Assembly: GCA_964510165.1 (NCBI GenBank)
Contig: CAZEBC010000061.1
Location: 1-19,520 of the forward strand
Direction: 5' to 3'
Length of the DNA: 19,520 nucleotides
Origin: an uncultured bacterium
GTDB lineage: Bacteria; Abyssobacteria; SURF-5
How positions within the stretch are numbered: position 1 is the first letter of the stretch; the number at the start of each line of letters is the position of its first letter. The position numbers and the translations under genes were made by a program. The notes beneath the pieces were generated by a model, which saw only the letters and a list, made by a program, of their open reading frames with translations, was not told the origin of the DNA and did no database searches. Below are positions 1 through 7,625 of this stretch, piece after piece.

Positions 1-33
1 AACCCGAAACCCGCAACTCGCGGTTGCGCCACC

Positions 34-1395
34 CTACTCTATCTGATACTCCTTGATCTTCCTGTACAGCGTCCTCAGCCCGATCTGGAGTATCTCGGCG
101 GTTTTCTCTTTATTATAACCCGTGGACTGAAGCGTCTTCTCGATGATCGCCCGCTCGATGTCGTCCATCGTCATGCCCACGTGCACGTACAGCCCATCGT
201 TGCTTTGCTTCTGCTCGCGCAGATGCGGCGGAAGGTCGGCCACCCCGAGCACCGCGCCCGGCCTCGAGAACGCGACCATGCCCTCGATGCAGTTCCTGAG
301 CTCGCGCACGTTGCCCGGCCAATCATGCGTCATCAGCGCATCCATCACGCCCCGGCTCACGCCCTTCACCGATTTGCCGTGGCTCCGGTTGAACTCCTCA
401 AGAAACGCCTCGACAAGGAGCGGGATGTCCGGCTTGCGCTCCCTGAGTTCCGGCAACTCGATGTGAACCACCGCCAGCCGATAATACAGGTCCTCGCGAA
501 ATTTCCCTTCCTCGACAAGTTTCTTGAGGTCCTTGTTTGCCGCCGCGATGAGGCGGACATCGACCCCGATGGTCTCGTTGCCGCCGACCCGCTCGAACCG
601 GCGCTCCTCCAACACTCTCAGCAGCTTCACCTGCACGGACGGTGTGACCTCGCTCACCTCATCGAGGAATAACGTCCCGCCGTCCGCGATCTCAAACCGG
701 CCCTTGCGCGTCTTGAGCGCGCCGGTGAACGCCCCGCGTTCGTGCCCGAACAACTCGCTCTCGATCACGCTCTCGGCCAGGGCCGCGCAGTTCAGCTTCA
801 CGAACGGAAAATCGCGCCTCGGACTGTTCACATGGATGGCGCTTGCCGCCAGCGCCTTGCCCGTGCCCGTCTTACCCGACAGCAGCACCGTCGTGCGCGT
901 GGGCGCGATCTCGCGTATCTTGTTGTACACCTGCACCATCTTCGGCGTGCTGCCGATGATGCCCCCCAGCCCGTACCGCTCGTCTATCCGCTGATGCAGG
1001 TCGTGCATCTGCAAAACCAGCTTCTGGTGCGACACGCCCCGCTCGATCACCGCCTTGAGCTTGTCAAGATTCAGAGGCTTGGTTTGAAAATCGTACGCGC
1101 CCTCCCGCATCGCCGCAGTCGCAAGCTCAAGGTCGGCGTCCGCCGTTATCATGATGACGCACACCTCGGGATTGCGCTTCTTCGCCACCTGCAACAGACG
1201 CATGCCATTGATCCGTTGCAGGTGCAGTTCCGCCACCATCACGTCAATCGGCTCGCTGTCGAGGATGTTGTAGCCTGTCTCGCCGTCCGGCGCCCACAGC
1301 ACCTCGTAGCCGCAGTCCTTCAGGTACGCGATAAGGTCCGACGTGGCCCTCGAGCGCGAATCCACCACGAGAATCTTGGGAACGGAAATTTCCAT
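34..1395 (-). CDS. Sigma54-dependent response regulator (NtrC/AtoC family: REC + AAA+ + Fis-type HTH) with an atypical receiver domain
   Basis: 453-aa ORF. GAFTGA loop (HERGAFTGALK), Walker B LFLDEV, REDLYYRL, WPGNVREL and C-terminal HTH (TAEILQIGLRTLYRKI). N-terminal REC fold (ILVVD...VIMITA...KP) has E56 at the phospho-acceptor position. Confidence 0.95.
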   Translation of the reverse strand: MEISVPKILVVDSRSRATSDLIAYLKDCGYEVLWAPDGETGYNILDSEPIDVMVAELHLQRINGMRLLQVAKKRNPEVCVIMITADADLELATAAMREGAYDFQTKPLNLDKLKAVIERGVSHQKLVLQMHDLHQRIDERYGLGGIIGSTPKMVQVYNKIREIAPTRTTVLLSGKTGTGKALAASAIHVNSPRRDFPFVKLNCAALAESVIESELFGHERGAFTGALKTRKGRFEIADGGTLFLDEVSEVTPSVQVKLLRVLEERRFERVGGNETIGVDVRLIAAANKDLKKLVEEGKFREDLYYRLAVVHIELPELRERKPDIPLLVEAFLEEFNRSHGKSVKGVSRGVMDALMTHDWPGNVRELRNCIEGMVAFSRPGAVLGVADLPPHLREQKQSNDGLYVHVGMTMDDIERAIIEKTLQSTGYNKEKTAEILQIGLRTLYRKIKEYQIE

Positions 1396-1467
1396 AAAAC
1401 AGCGGGTTTCAGTTCATTATGCATAGCGTCATAAGTTCTTGCGTATGTCACGGAGTCGCCGCCAACC

Positions 1468-1555
1468 GTATTCCCGCGAAACTTTGTCCTCGACCTGATC
1501 GCGGAGCGGAAATCCATAAGCCGCCATCCGTCATTCCCGCGAAAGCGGGAATCCA
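1468..1555. repeat. Two tandem ATTCCCGC...GCGGGAAT palindromic repeats (REP/dRS3-like); the first has an insertion in the loop
   Basis: 1530-1555 GTCATTCCCGCGAAAGCGGGAATCCA; 1468-1516 GTATTCCCGCGAAA-CTTTGTCCTCGACCTGATCGCGG-AGCGGAAATCCA. Confidence 0.8.
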
Positions 1556-1628
1556 TAATAATCGCGGCCCGAAATGTGCGCAACTATACGACGCTACGCA
1601 TGCATCTCTGTCGCTCTAATATCTACAC

Positions 1629-1637
1629 ATTATAACA
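1629..1637 (-). promoter_or_regulatory. Putative extended -10 sigma70 promoter (TGnTATAAT) for the response regulator gene
   Basis: Minus strand reads TG-T-TATAAT (plus strand ATTATAACA), about 235 bp upstream of the ATG at 1395. No good -35 at 17 bp spacing. Confidence 0.5.
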
Positions 1638-1685
1638 CACAGCCACCCATGGACATGGACAAAGGGGAAAGCCTGAGCCCGCGCT

Positions 1686-1714
1686 TTGACTTGCGCGCGG
1701 CCTTATGTTAGAAT
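1686..1714 (+). promoter_or_regulatory. Putative sigma70 promoter for the VWA/kinase cluster
   Basis: TTGACT (1686-1691), 17-bp spacer, TAGAAT (1709-1714), with extended -10 TG at 1706-1707. Confidence 0.7.
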
Positions 1715-1767
1715 TTCTTGTGGCGCGGCAAGCGAAGGACCATGCGGGCGATTGGGCCCCAAGTGCA

Positions 1768-4050
1768 ATGCCTATACACAGGAAGACGCGCATCATACAC
1801 CTGCCAGCCATCCTTCTCATAATTCTCTGCTTGACGGTTCCCGCGCGGGTTCTTGCACAAGAGATTCCCAGCCAGGATGCAGTGTTCCTCGTTGATTCCT
1901 CGGAGAGCGCGACCCCTTACCTCGCTTCGATCACGGGCGTATTGAGCCGGTTCGCGGGCGGCGCACGCCGCGGCGATTCGGTGACCTGCTACCAATTCTC
2001 AAACAAGCCCACGCTCATCGCCAAAGGCGTCATAAAGAAGTCCGACGACGTCACTCAACTGAAGTCGCAGTTGTCTCATCTCTATTCCGAATCGGTGTCC
2101 ACGAATTACTATCCCGCGCTTCAAAAGGGACTTGCGGAGATAAAGGATTCCCTGATGCGGTCGCCGGGCAACGAGCGGGTGCTCATCCTCATAACGGACG
2201 GACGACGGCACCCGGACGACATTAGCGACGAATCCGGCGCATTCAAGAAGGCGCTGGACGAATTCTCGGGGCTGCAGACGGAGAGAGACTACTACTTTTA
2301 CTGTTTCGTTTTGGGGGAATCGAGAATCGAGGACTTGCAGAAGTACCTGGTCTCCATCGGCGCCTATTTCATAAAATGGCCCGCGGACACGCAGTGGCTT
2401 GACCGGCTCGCCCTGGCCGATGTCCATATTATGGACAGCGTCAGGAATATCGGGCAGATTCCTGACACACCCTCACACGGCGTCTTCACCATAAGCTTCT
2501 ATCCCAGACGCGCCTCGCAAGACGCGCCGACGCTGGAAATGGACGTAAACGCAGATTTCGTGAAGGGAACTCTTGACAGATTCTTCAGCGTGAGACCAAG
2601 GCGAGTCGTGTGCCAGGCGGAACCGTGGACCGAGACCTTCGAGTTTGAGACCAGGGGTTTCACGCGGGGAACATATTCGGGCGTCTTCGCGTTCCGGCCG
2701 TCCGATCCGCGGTCGTTGCTGGTGTCGCCCCGGCACGCGGATTTCAGCTTTTCCGTGGCGGAATCGCTGAGAGTGACCGTGTCCCAGCCGCTTGCCTTCG
2801 GACCGACCGGCCTGAAGGGCGAATACGAAGAAACCAGGACGATCTTCATAACGGCGAGCGGCGCGGATTTTCCCGAATCGCTTGACGAGGTATCGGTTTC
2901 GACGGATATTCGACTTCCCGAGGGGCTTGAGCTCAAACTCTCCCCAAGCCTCAGGATGAAGACCATAGAGATTGGCGTGACAGTGCGACGGTCGGCGGAC
3001 GCGCCGCAGCAGTCCAAACAGAAATACGAGGGGAGAGTCAAGCTCGCGTCAACCAGAGGCTGGGCGTTTTCGAACTCCGAAATCCCGTTCTCCGTTGATG
3101 TATCCGCGCGCGGCATCAACTTTGGCAGAGTGATTCGAGTCATCGTCATTGGGGTCGGGGTCATTATCCTTGTTGCGGGATTGTTGCTTATGTCGGGCTC
3201 CGTCAGGCGGGCCATCTCGGATCGGCTCGCGCACAAGACCGGGGCAATCGGCAAGCTGCTCGTCACCCACGACCCCACCAAGGGCATGGCAAGACACATA
3301 AATCTCGAAAGGCTCTCCGAAGAGCGAAGAACAAAGGAAATATCGCTCGGCGTGGGCGAGGGAGCGGACGTTGAATTGCCTCATTACTCGATGATGGACC
3401 GCAGGTACAGTTTCTCCGGGCTACGCACACGAGAAGGGGTGCGAACCATCGTCCGCGCGACAAAGGGAACCGACGAAGTGATTGTCAACGGGATGCCCAG
3501 GACCGGCGGCGTTCAACTCATCAACTTCGACAACCTGAAGCTCGGCGCCTTCGAATATCGGTATGAGGTTCCCACGCCGCTCACCCAGACCATCCTCTAT
3601 TTCCTCGACGGCGAAGTGATGCAAGGCTGGCCCTTGAGCTGGGGCCATGAGGCCGAAGGCTTCCGGTTTCTCAGCCGGGGTCATCTGCCGGATCGCAAGG
3701 AAATGTATGTTCGCTTTTACGAGCTGAAGGTCACGGCATTCGTTCGCGATTTTGAAGGCGAACTGACAAAGAGGCTGCGCTCGCCCAAGGCCCCGAGGTC
3801 GGGGCATCTGGTCAAGCTCGTCTTTCCTGACGAGGAAGTCATCAGCGGATTTGTCCTGGATTGGAAGAATCTCGGCCCCAAATTCTATCTGTTTCCAGAC
3901 GCGATGGGCGACAACGTCATGTTCTTCTTCATTGACCGGCATACCCTGAAAGACATAGTGGTCTTGAAGGAGGATGAAAGCGGCGCCGTGCGTGCCCGAA
4001 GGATGTTCGCCGATTTGCTCGAGCAGATGAAACACAATCTGGAACGATAA
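1768..4050 (+). CDS. Single-pass membrane protein: signal peptide, VWA (MIDAS) domain, beta-rich extracytoplasmic region, TM helix, degenerate FHA-like domain, DUF6982-like C-terminal domain
   Basis: ATG 1768 preferred because the 1705 start overlaps the predicted promoter and 1768 gives a signal peptide (MPIHRKTR...LLIILCLTVPARVLA). MIDAS DSSES at 1894-1908, TNYYPAL, LILITDG. TM VIVIGVGVIILVAGLLLM at about 3130-3192. FHA-like region about 3244-3567. Duplicated F-x-D-x-E-V-x-x-G module about 3589-3963. Confidence 0.85.
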   Translation: MPIHRKTRIIHLPAILLIILCLTVPARVLAQEIPSQDAVFLVDSSESATPYLASITGVLSRFAGGARRGDSVTCYQFSNKPTLIAKGVIKKSDDVTQLKSQLSHLYSESVSTNYYPALQKGLAEIKDSLMRSPGNERVLILITDGRRHPDDISDESGAFKKALDEFSGLQTERDYYFYCFVLGESRIEDLQKYLVSIGAYFIKWPADTQWLDRLALADVHIMDSVRNIGQIPDTPSHGVFTISFYPRRASQDAPTLEMDVNADFVKGTLDRFFSVRPRRVVCQAEPWTETFEFETRGFTRGTYSGVFAFRPSDPRSLLVSPRHADFSFSVAESLRVTVSQPLAFGPTGLKGEYEETRTIFITASGADFPESLDEVSVSTDIRLPEGLELKLSPSLRMKTIEIGVTVRRSADAPQQSKQKYEGRVKLASTRGWAFSNSEIPFSVDVSARGINFGRVIRVIVIGVGVIILVAGLLLMSGSVRRAISDRLAHKTGAIGKLLVTHDPTKGMARHINLERLSEERRTKEISLGVGEGADVELPHYSMMDRRYSFSGLRTREGVRTIVRATKGTDEVIVNGMPRTGGVQLINFDNLKLGAFEYRYEVPTPLTQTILYFLDGEVMQGWPLSWGHEAEGFRFLSRGHLPDRKEMYVRFYELKVTAFVRDFEGELTKRLRSPKAPRSGHLVKLVFPDEEVISGFVLDWKNLGPKFYLFPDAMGDNVMFFFIDRHTLKDIVVLKEDESGAVRARRMFADLLEQMKHNLER

Positions 4051-4081
4051 GGTTCACAGCGCGGCAAAGCCGCAGCCAAAG

Positions 4082-4130
4082 CCCCCTCACCCCTGCCCTC
4101 TCCCAGTGGGAGAGGGCAGGGGTGAGGGGG
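4082..4130. repeat. Perfect 49-bp palindrome (BoxC-like CCCTCACCCC..CCCTCTCCC / GGGAGAGGG..GGGGTGAGGG)
   Basis: CCCCCTCACCCCTGCCCTCTCCCA-G-TGGGAGAGGGCAGGGGTGAGGGGG: 24-bp arms around a single base. A small GCGGC-AAA-GCCGC hairpin precedes it at 4061-4073. Confidence 0.9.
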
Positions 4131-4181
4131 GAACACTACAGAGATTCATGATTTCTTAAGCGAGTGCAGGGAGGATGCCTG

Positions 4182-4406
4182 ATGCTTTACCGCGCGGTCG
4201 TCATTGCATTGTTGGCAGTGCTCATCGGACTCGTGGCCTGGGATATCTCGACCCGCAAATCGGCGCCGCAGACTCGCGTCGACAGCACGAACTTCAGATG
4301 GGTCACGTGCAGCTCCTGCGAGCGAATGTTCTATGTTGAAAAGACCCAACGAAGCGGCTGGTGCCCTTACGACGGCCTGCAATTCGATTTCCATTCGGAG
4401 GAGTGA
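4182..4406 (+). CDS. Small membrane-anchored protein with a CxxC...CPxD zinc-ribbon-like motif (hypothetical)
   Basis: 74 aa from ATG 4182 with RBS GGGAGG at 4169-4174. N-terminal hydrophobic helix AVVIALLAVLIGLVAW; WVTCSSC-x14-CPYDG. Confidence 0.75.
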   Translation: MLYRAVVIALLAVLIGLVAWDISTRKSAPQTRVDSTNFRWVTCSSCERMFYVEKTQRSGWCPYDGLQFDFHSEE

Positions 4407-4442
4407 ACGTCGCCTGAAAGACGGTTTGAATCGGAGAGAGGC

Positions 4443-6113
4443 TTGGAAAGGCAAATTGGCAGCTACGAACTGCTGAAGGAAATTGGCAAGGGCGGCATGG
4501 GGGTCGTCTATCTCGCCCGGCGAATCGAGACCGGCGATCTGGTTGCGCTCAAGATGCTGCCCCCCGAGTTGACGCGAAACCCCAAATATGTGGAACGGTT
4601 CCGCCGCGAAGCGACCGCGGTCGCCCGCCTGGATCATCCCAACATAATCAAGGTGTACGAGGTGGGCGAAGATAATGGAGTTCACTTCTTCGCGATGGAG
4701 TATCTCGGCGGCCAGAGCCTCAGGTCTCTCCTAAAGAAACGGGGCAAACTGCCGACGGTTGAAGCGGTCAAGATTATCCTTGATATCGCCGACGCACTGC
4801 ATCTTGCGCATTCCTCCGGAATCGTACACCGCGACGTCAAGCCCGACAACATCATGTCGGACGAGGCGGGCACATTCAAGATCATGGACTTCGGGATTGC
4901 CCACACGGAAGAGGGCACGCAACTCACGATCACCGGCACGATCATGGGCACGCCCGAATACATGTCGCCCGAGCAGGCCTCGGGACTAAAGGTGGACCGC
5001 CGCTCCGACATCTATTCCCTGGGAATAGTTCTATACGAGATGCTCACGGGCACGTCCCCGTTCCGCGGTGAGACCGCGATCGAAGTCTTGCAGATGCACG
5101 TCACGAAAACACCCGAATCTCCCAAATTGCTCAATCCCGAAATCCCGGGGAAACTGGCGGAAATCGTCTCGAAGATGCTCGAGAAGCAGGCCTCGAACCG
5201 GTACGACAGCTTCCGCCACGTCTGCAATGCGCTCTCGCAGGCAATCCCGGCGAGCATGCGGACCAGGATCGAAGCCAAGCCAAAAGAGATTCAGCCGCTG
5301 GTCTCTCGCGAGAAGGAACGACAGGCCCCGCGAGTGAGAGAACGCATCGTGCTCAAAACTCCGCCGGGAATGAGGTATGCCCTAGCCGCAAGCCTGGTTG
5401 CAAACCTGCTGCTGGTGGGCTATATCCTGTTCGCTCCCGGCGCACTGCCTGAGGCCTCTCAACCGATAGAGCCCGCGTTCGCAATCAGAGGCAGGGCGTT
5501 CGCGCCGCCCGTCGTGGGCGGGGAAACGCTCTACATAGCGTCCGAAGACGGCGTCCTGTATGCCCAGGAACTCGGGAGCGGCGAGACCATGTGGAAATTC
5601 AAAGCGGACGACAAGATAACGGCCGCCCCGATCGTCAATGGCGACCGCGTCTATGTCGGTTCATGGGACCGGCACATGTATGCGCTCGACGCGTCCGACG
5701 GCAGCATCGTCTGGAAGACGAACACGGGCGGATGCGTCTTCTCCACGCCCGCCCTTTCCGACAGGACTCTCTATGTCTGCACCCGCGAAGGGACGGTGTT
5801 CGCGATAGACGCAGAATCGGGTGCGGAGCGGTGGAAAGCGCAATCGAAAAGCTCCACGCGGTTTGCGCCCGTGATTTACGGTAACGCCCTGCTCGTCTCC
5901 TCCGAAGAAGGGAAACTGCGCGCGTACAACCTGGCCGATGGACAACTCCTCGGCTCGCTCGCGACCGAACGCATGAAAACACCCGCAGTCCCTAACGGCC
6001 AGACCGCCTACTTCGTCACGTTCAATGAAGCGACAAGCCGGGATGAGTTACGCTTCGCGCTCATTGGGCAACTTCCCTTCTTCAGCGAGATCGGCGCACA
6101 GAGGCTGGAGTGA
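4443..6113 (+). CDS. Hanks-type Ser/Thr protein kinase with TM helix and C-terminal PQQ-like (BamB-type) beta-propeller repeats
   Basis: TTG start after GGAGAGAGG. GKGGMGVV, VALK, HRDVKPDN, DFG, GTPEYMSPE, SDIYSLG. TM ALAASLVANLLLVGYILF. Repeats such as APIVNGDRVYVGSWDRHMYALDASDGSIVWK. Confidence 0.95.
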   Translation: MERQIGSYELLKEIGKGGMGVVYLARRIETGDLVALKMLPPELTRNPKYVERFRREATAVARLDHPNIIKVYEVGEDNGVHFFAMEYLGGQSLRSLLKKRGKLPTVEAVKIILDIADALHLAHSSGIVHRDVKPDNIMSDEAGTFKIMDFGIAHTEEGTQLTITGTIMGTPEYMSPEQASGLKVDRRSDIYSLGIVLYEMLTGTSPFRGETAIEVLQMHVTKTPESPKLLNPEIPGKLAEIVSKMLEKQASNRYDSFRHVCNALSQAIPASMRTRIEAKPKEIQPLVSREKERQAPRVRERIVLKTPPGMRYALAASLVANLLLVGYILFAPGALPEASQPIEPAFAIRGRAFAPPVVGGETLYIASEDGVLYAQELGSGETMWKFKADDKITAAPIVNGDRVYVGSWDRHMYALDASDGSIVWKTNTGGCVFSTPALSDRTLYVCTREGTVFAIDAESGAERWKAQSKSSTRFAPVIYGNALLVSSEEGKLRAYNLADGQLLGSLATERMKTPAVPNGQTAYFVTFNEATSRDELRFALIGQLPFFSEIGAQRLE

Positions 6114-6135
6114 TGTTTCGCGTCTGGAGGAATAA

Positions 6136-7605
6136 ATGAAAAGTCGGCTGCACACTCTGTTCGCGCTCTTGCTCGTCGTCACACTTTCGGCATGTGGAGA
6201 GAAACACGCAGGGCCGACAGCCGCTCGGTCCATCGAGCGCGCCGATAACATAATCCTCATGATCGGCGACGGGATGAGCGTGGACGTGCTCGGGCTGATG
6301 CAACAATATGCCCAAGCCTTACAGCAGCGCGACCTGTGGATGGAGAAGATCATGTCGGAGGGACATCTTGCCCTGGTGAATGTTTCACCCCTTCAGGAAG
6401 TCGTGACCGATTCGGCTGCGGCGGCGACAGCGCTCGCGACCGGCGAAAAGACCCTTAACGGACTTGTCTCAGTCAGCCCGGACGGCAAGACATTGGAGAC
6501 CATCCTCGAGCTTGCAAAACGTGACTCCAGGACGACGGGGCTTGTCACCACCACACGACTCACCCATGCAACTCCGGCATGTTTTGCTGCCCATCTTGGA
6601 AATCGCAATTCCGAGGCCGCAATCGCCGAACAGATGCTTGACACGGGAGTGGATGTCTTGCTCGGAGGCGGCCTGAGCGCATGGATTCCCAAGGGAACCA
6701 AGGTGTCCGACTTCGGCGCGTTCAGTCCGGCTGCGGGCGCGGACGCTGTATCCGGGCGGAAAGACAAGAAGAATCTGATTCAAAAGGCGTCGCAGCAGGG
6801 CTACAAGCTCGTGACCAATCGGGAGGAACTCCTCTCCTCTCGCGGAACCGCCAAACTCCTTGGTCTCTTTGCGGCCTCGCATGTGCCTTATGCCCTGGAC
6901 CGCCAGCCCGGGGACGGCGCCAATGTGCCTTCGCTGGCCGAGATGACCTCGGCGGCCCTCGAAATCCTCTCGCGGAACAAGGCGGGATTCTTCCTGATGG
7001 TGGAAGGCGGCCGAATCGACCACGCCGCCCACAACAACGACGCTGCCGCCATGCTCGCCGAGACCATTGACTTCGATGAGGCCGTCGGCGCGGCGCATAT
7101 GTTCGCGAAACAACATCCAAACACAATAGTCCTCGTGACGGCTGACCACGCCACTGGCGCGCCCGCGCTCTCGGCCAGGTATTCGGATGAGGCCAGGAAG
7201 ACCCTCTACCCCGGAGATGACGAATTCAGGAGGATTGGGCGGCAGGACGCTTCGTTCGAATACATCATGTTCGAACTCTCGAAAGAGCCGTCCGTCCAGC
7301 GCCTTCAAACGCTCGTCCGAAATCATGCGGGCGTCGAGATAACCGGCGAACAAGCCCGCTTCATCCTCGACGCAAAACCGATTTCACCCTTTCACGTCAT
7401 CAAGCCGCAGTATAGAAAATTCGGTTATCCGACCCTTGCGTTGGGGCGCGTGCTCGGGGTCCAATACGGAACATCATGGGCGACGGCCGAGCACTACGCG
7501 TCGCCGGTTCTCCTTGTCGGATATGGCCCTCGCTCTCAACTCTTGCACGGATACATCGAGAACACCGACATTTTCAGACTCATGAAGACCGCCGCCGGGC
7601 TGTAG
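6136..7605 (+). CDS. phoA: Alkaline phosphatase (PhoA family), predicted lipoprotein
   Basis: RBS GGAGG. Lipobox LSA-C20. IGDGM, catalytic Ser in TDSAA, THATPA, VEGGRIDHAAH, TADH, late His (AEHY), ENTDIF. Confidence 0.92.
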   Translation: MKSRLHTLFALLLVVTLSACGEKHAGPTAARSIERADNIILMIGDGMSVDVLGLMQQYAQALQQRDLWMEKIMSEGHLALVNVSPLQEVVTDSAAAATALATGEKTLNGLVSVSPDGKTLETILELAKRDSRTTGLVTTTRLTHATPACFAAHLGNRNSEAAIAEQMLDTGVDVLLGGGLSAWIPKGTKVSDFGAFSPAAGADAVSGRKDKKNLIQKASQQGYKLVTNREELLSSRGTAKLLGLFAASHVPYALDRQPGDGANVPSLAEMTSAALEILSRNKAGFFLMVEGGRIDHAAHNNDAAAMLAETIDFDEAVGAAHMFAKQHPNTIVLVTADHATGAPALSARYSDEARKTLYPGDDEFRRIGRQDASFEYIMFELSKEPSVQRLQTLVRNHAGVEITGEQARFILDAKPISPFHVIKPQYRKFGYPTLALGRVLGVQYGTSWATAEHYASPVLLVGYGPRSQLLHGYIENTDIFRLMKTAAGL

Positions 7606-7625
7606 GCCTCGAATCCACCCTTTTC

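Noticed and set aside
143-1434. Plus-strand ORFs overlapping the response regulator (e.g. 742-1434, 181-672)
   Set aside because: Antisense shadows of a well-supported gene in GC-rich DNA, with no recognisable motifs.
1320-1619. ORFs 1320-1583 (-) and 1419-1619 (+)
   Set aside because: They are translations of the palindromic repeats (MDSRFRGND / VIPAKAGIH), a typical spurious product.
1721-1736. Possible sigma54 promoter starting TGGCGCG
   Set aside because: No GC at the required GG-N10-GC spacing. I found no convincing -24/-12 site in the intergenic regions.
1705-1767. Longer N-terminus of the VWA protein given by the ORF track
   Set aside because: It overlaps the predicted -10 element; the ATG at 1768 gives a proper signal peptide.
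3885-4136. 83-aa minus-strand ORF (PPHPCPLPLGEGRGEG)
   Set aside because: Translation of the palindrome plus antisense of the VWA gene.
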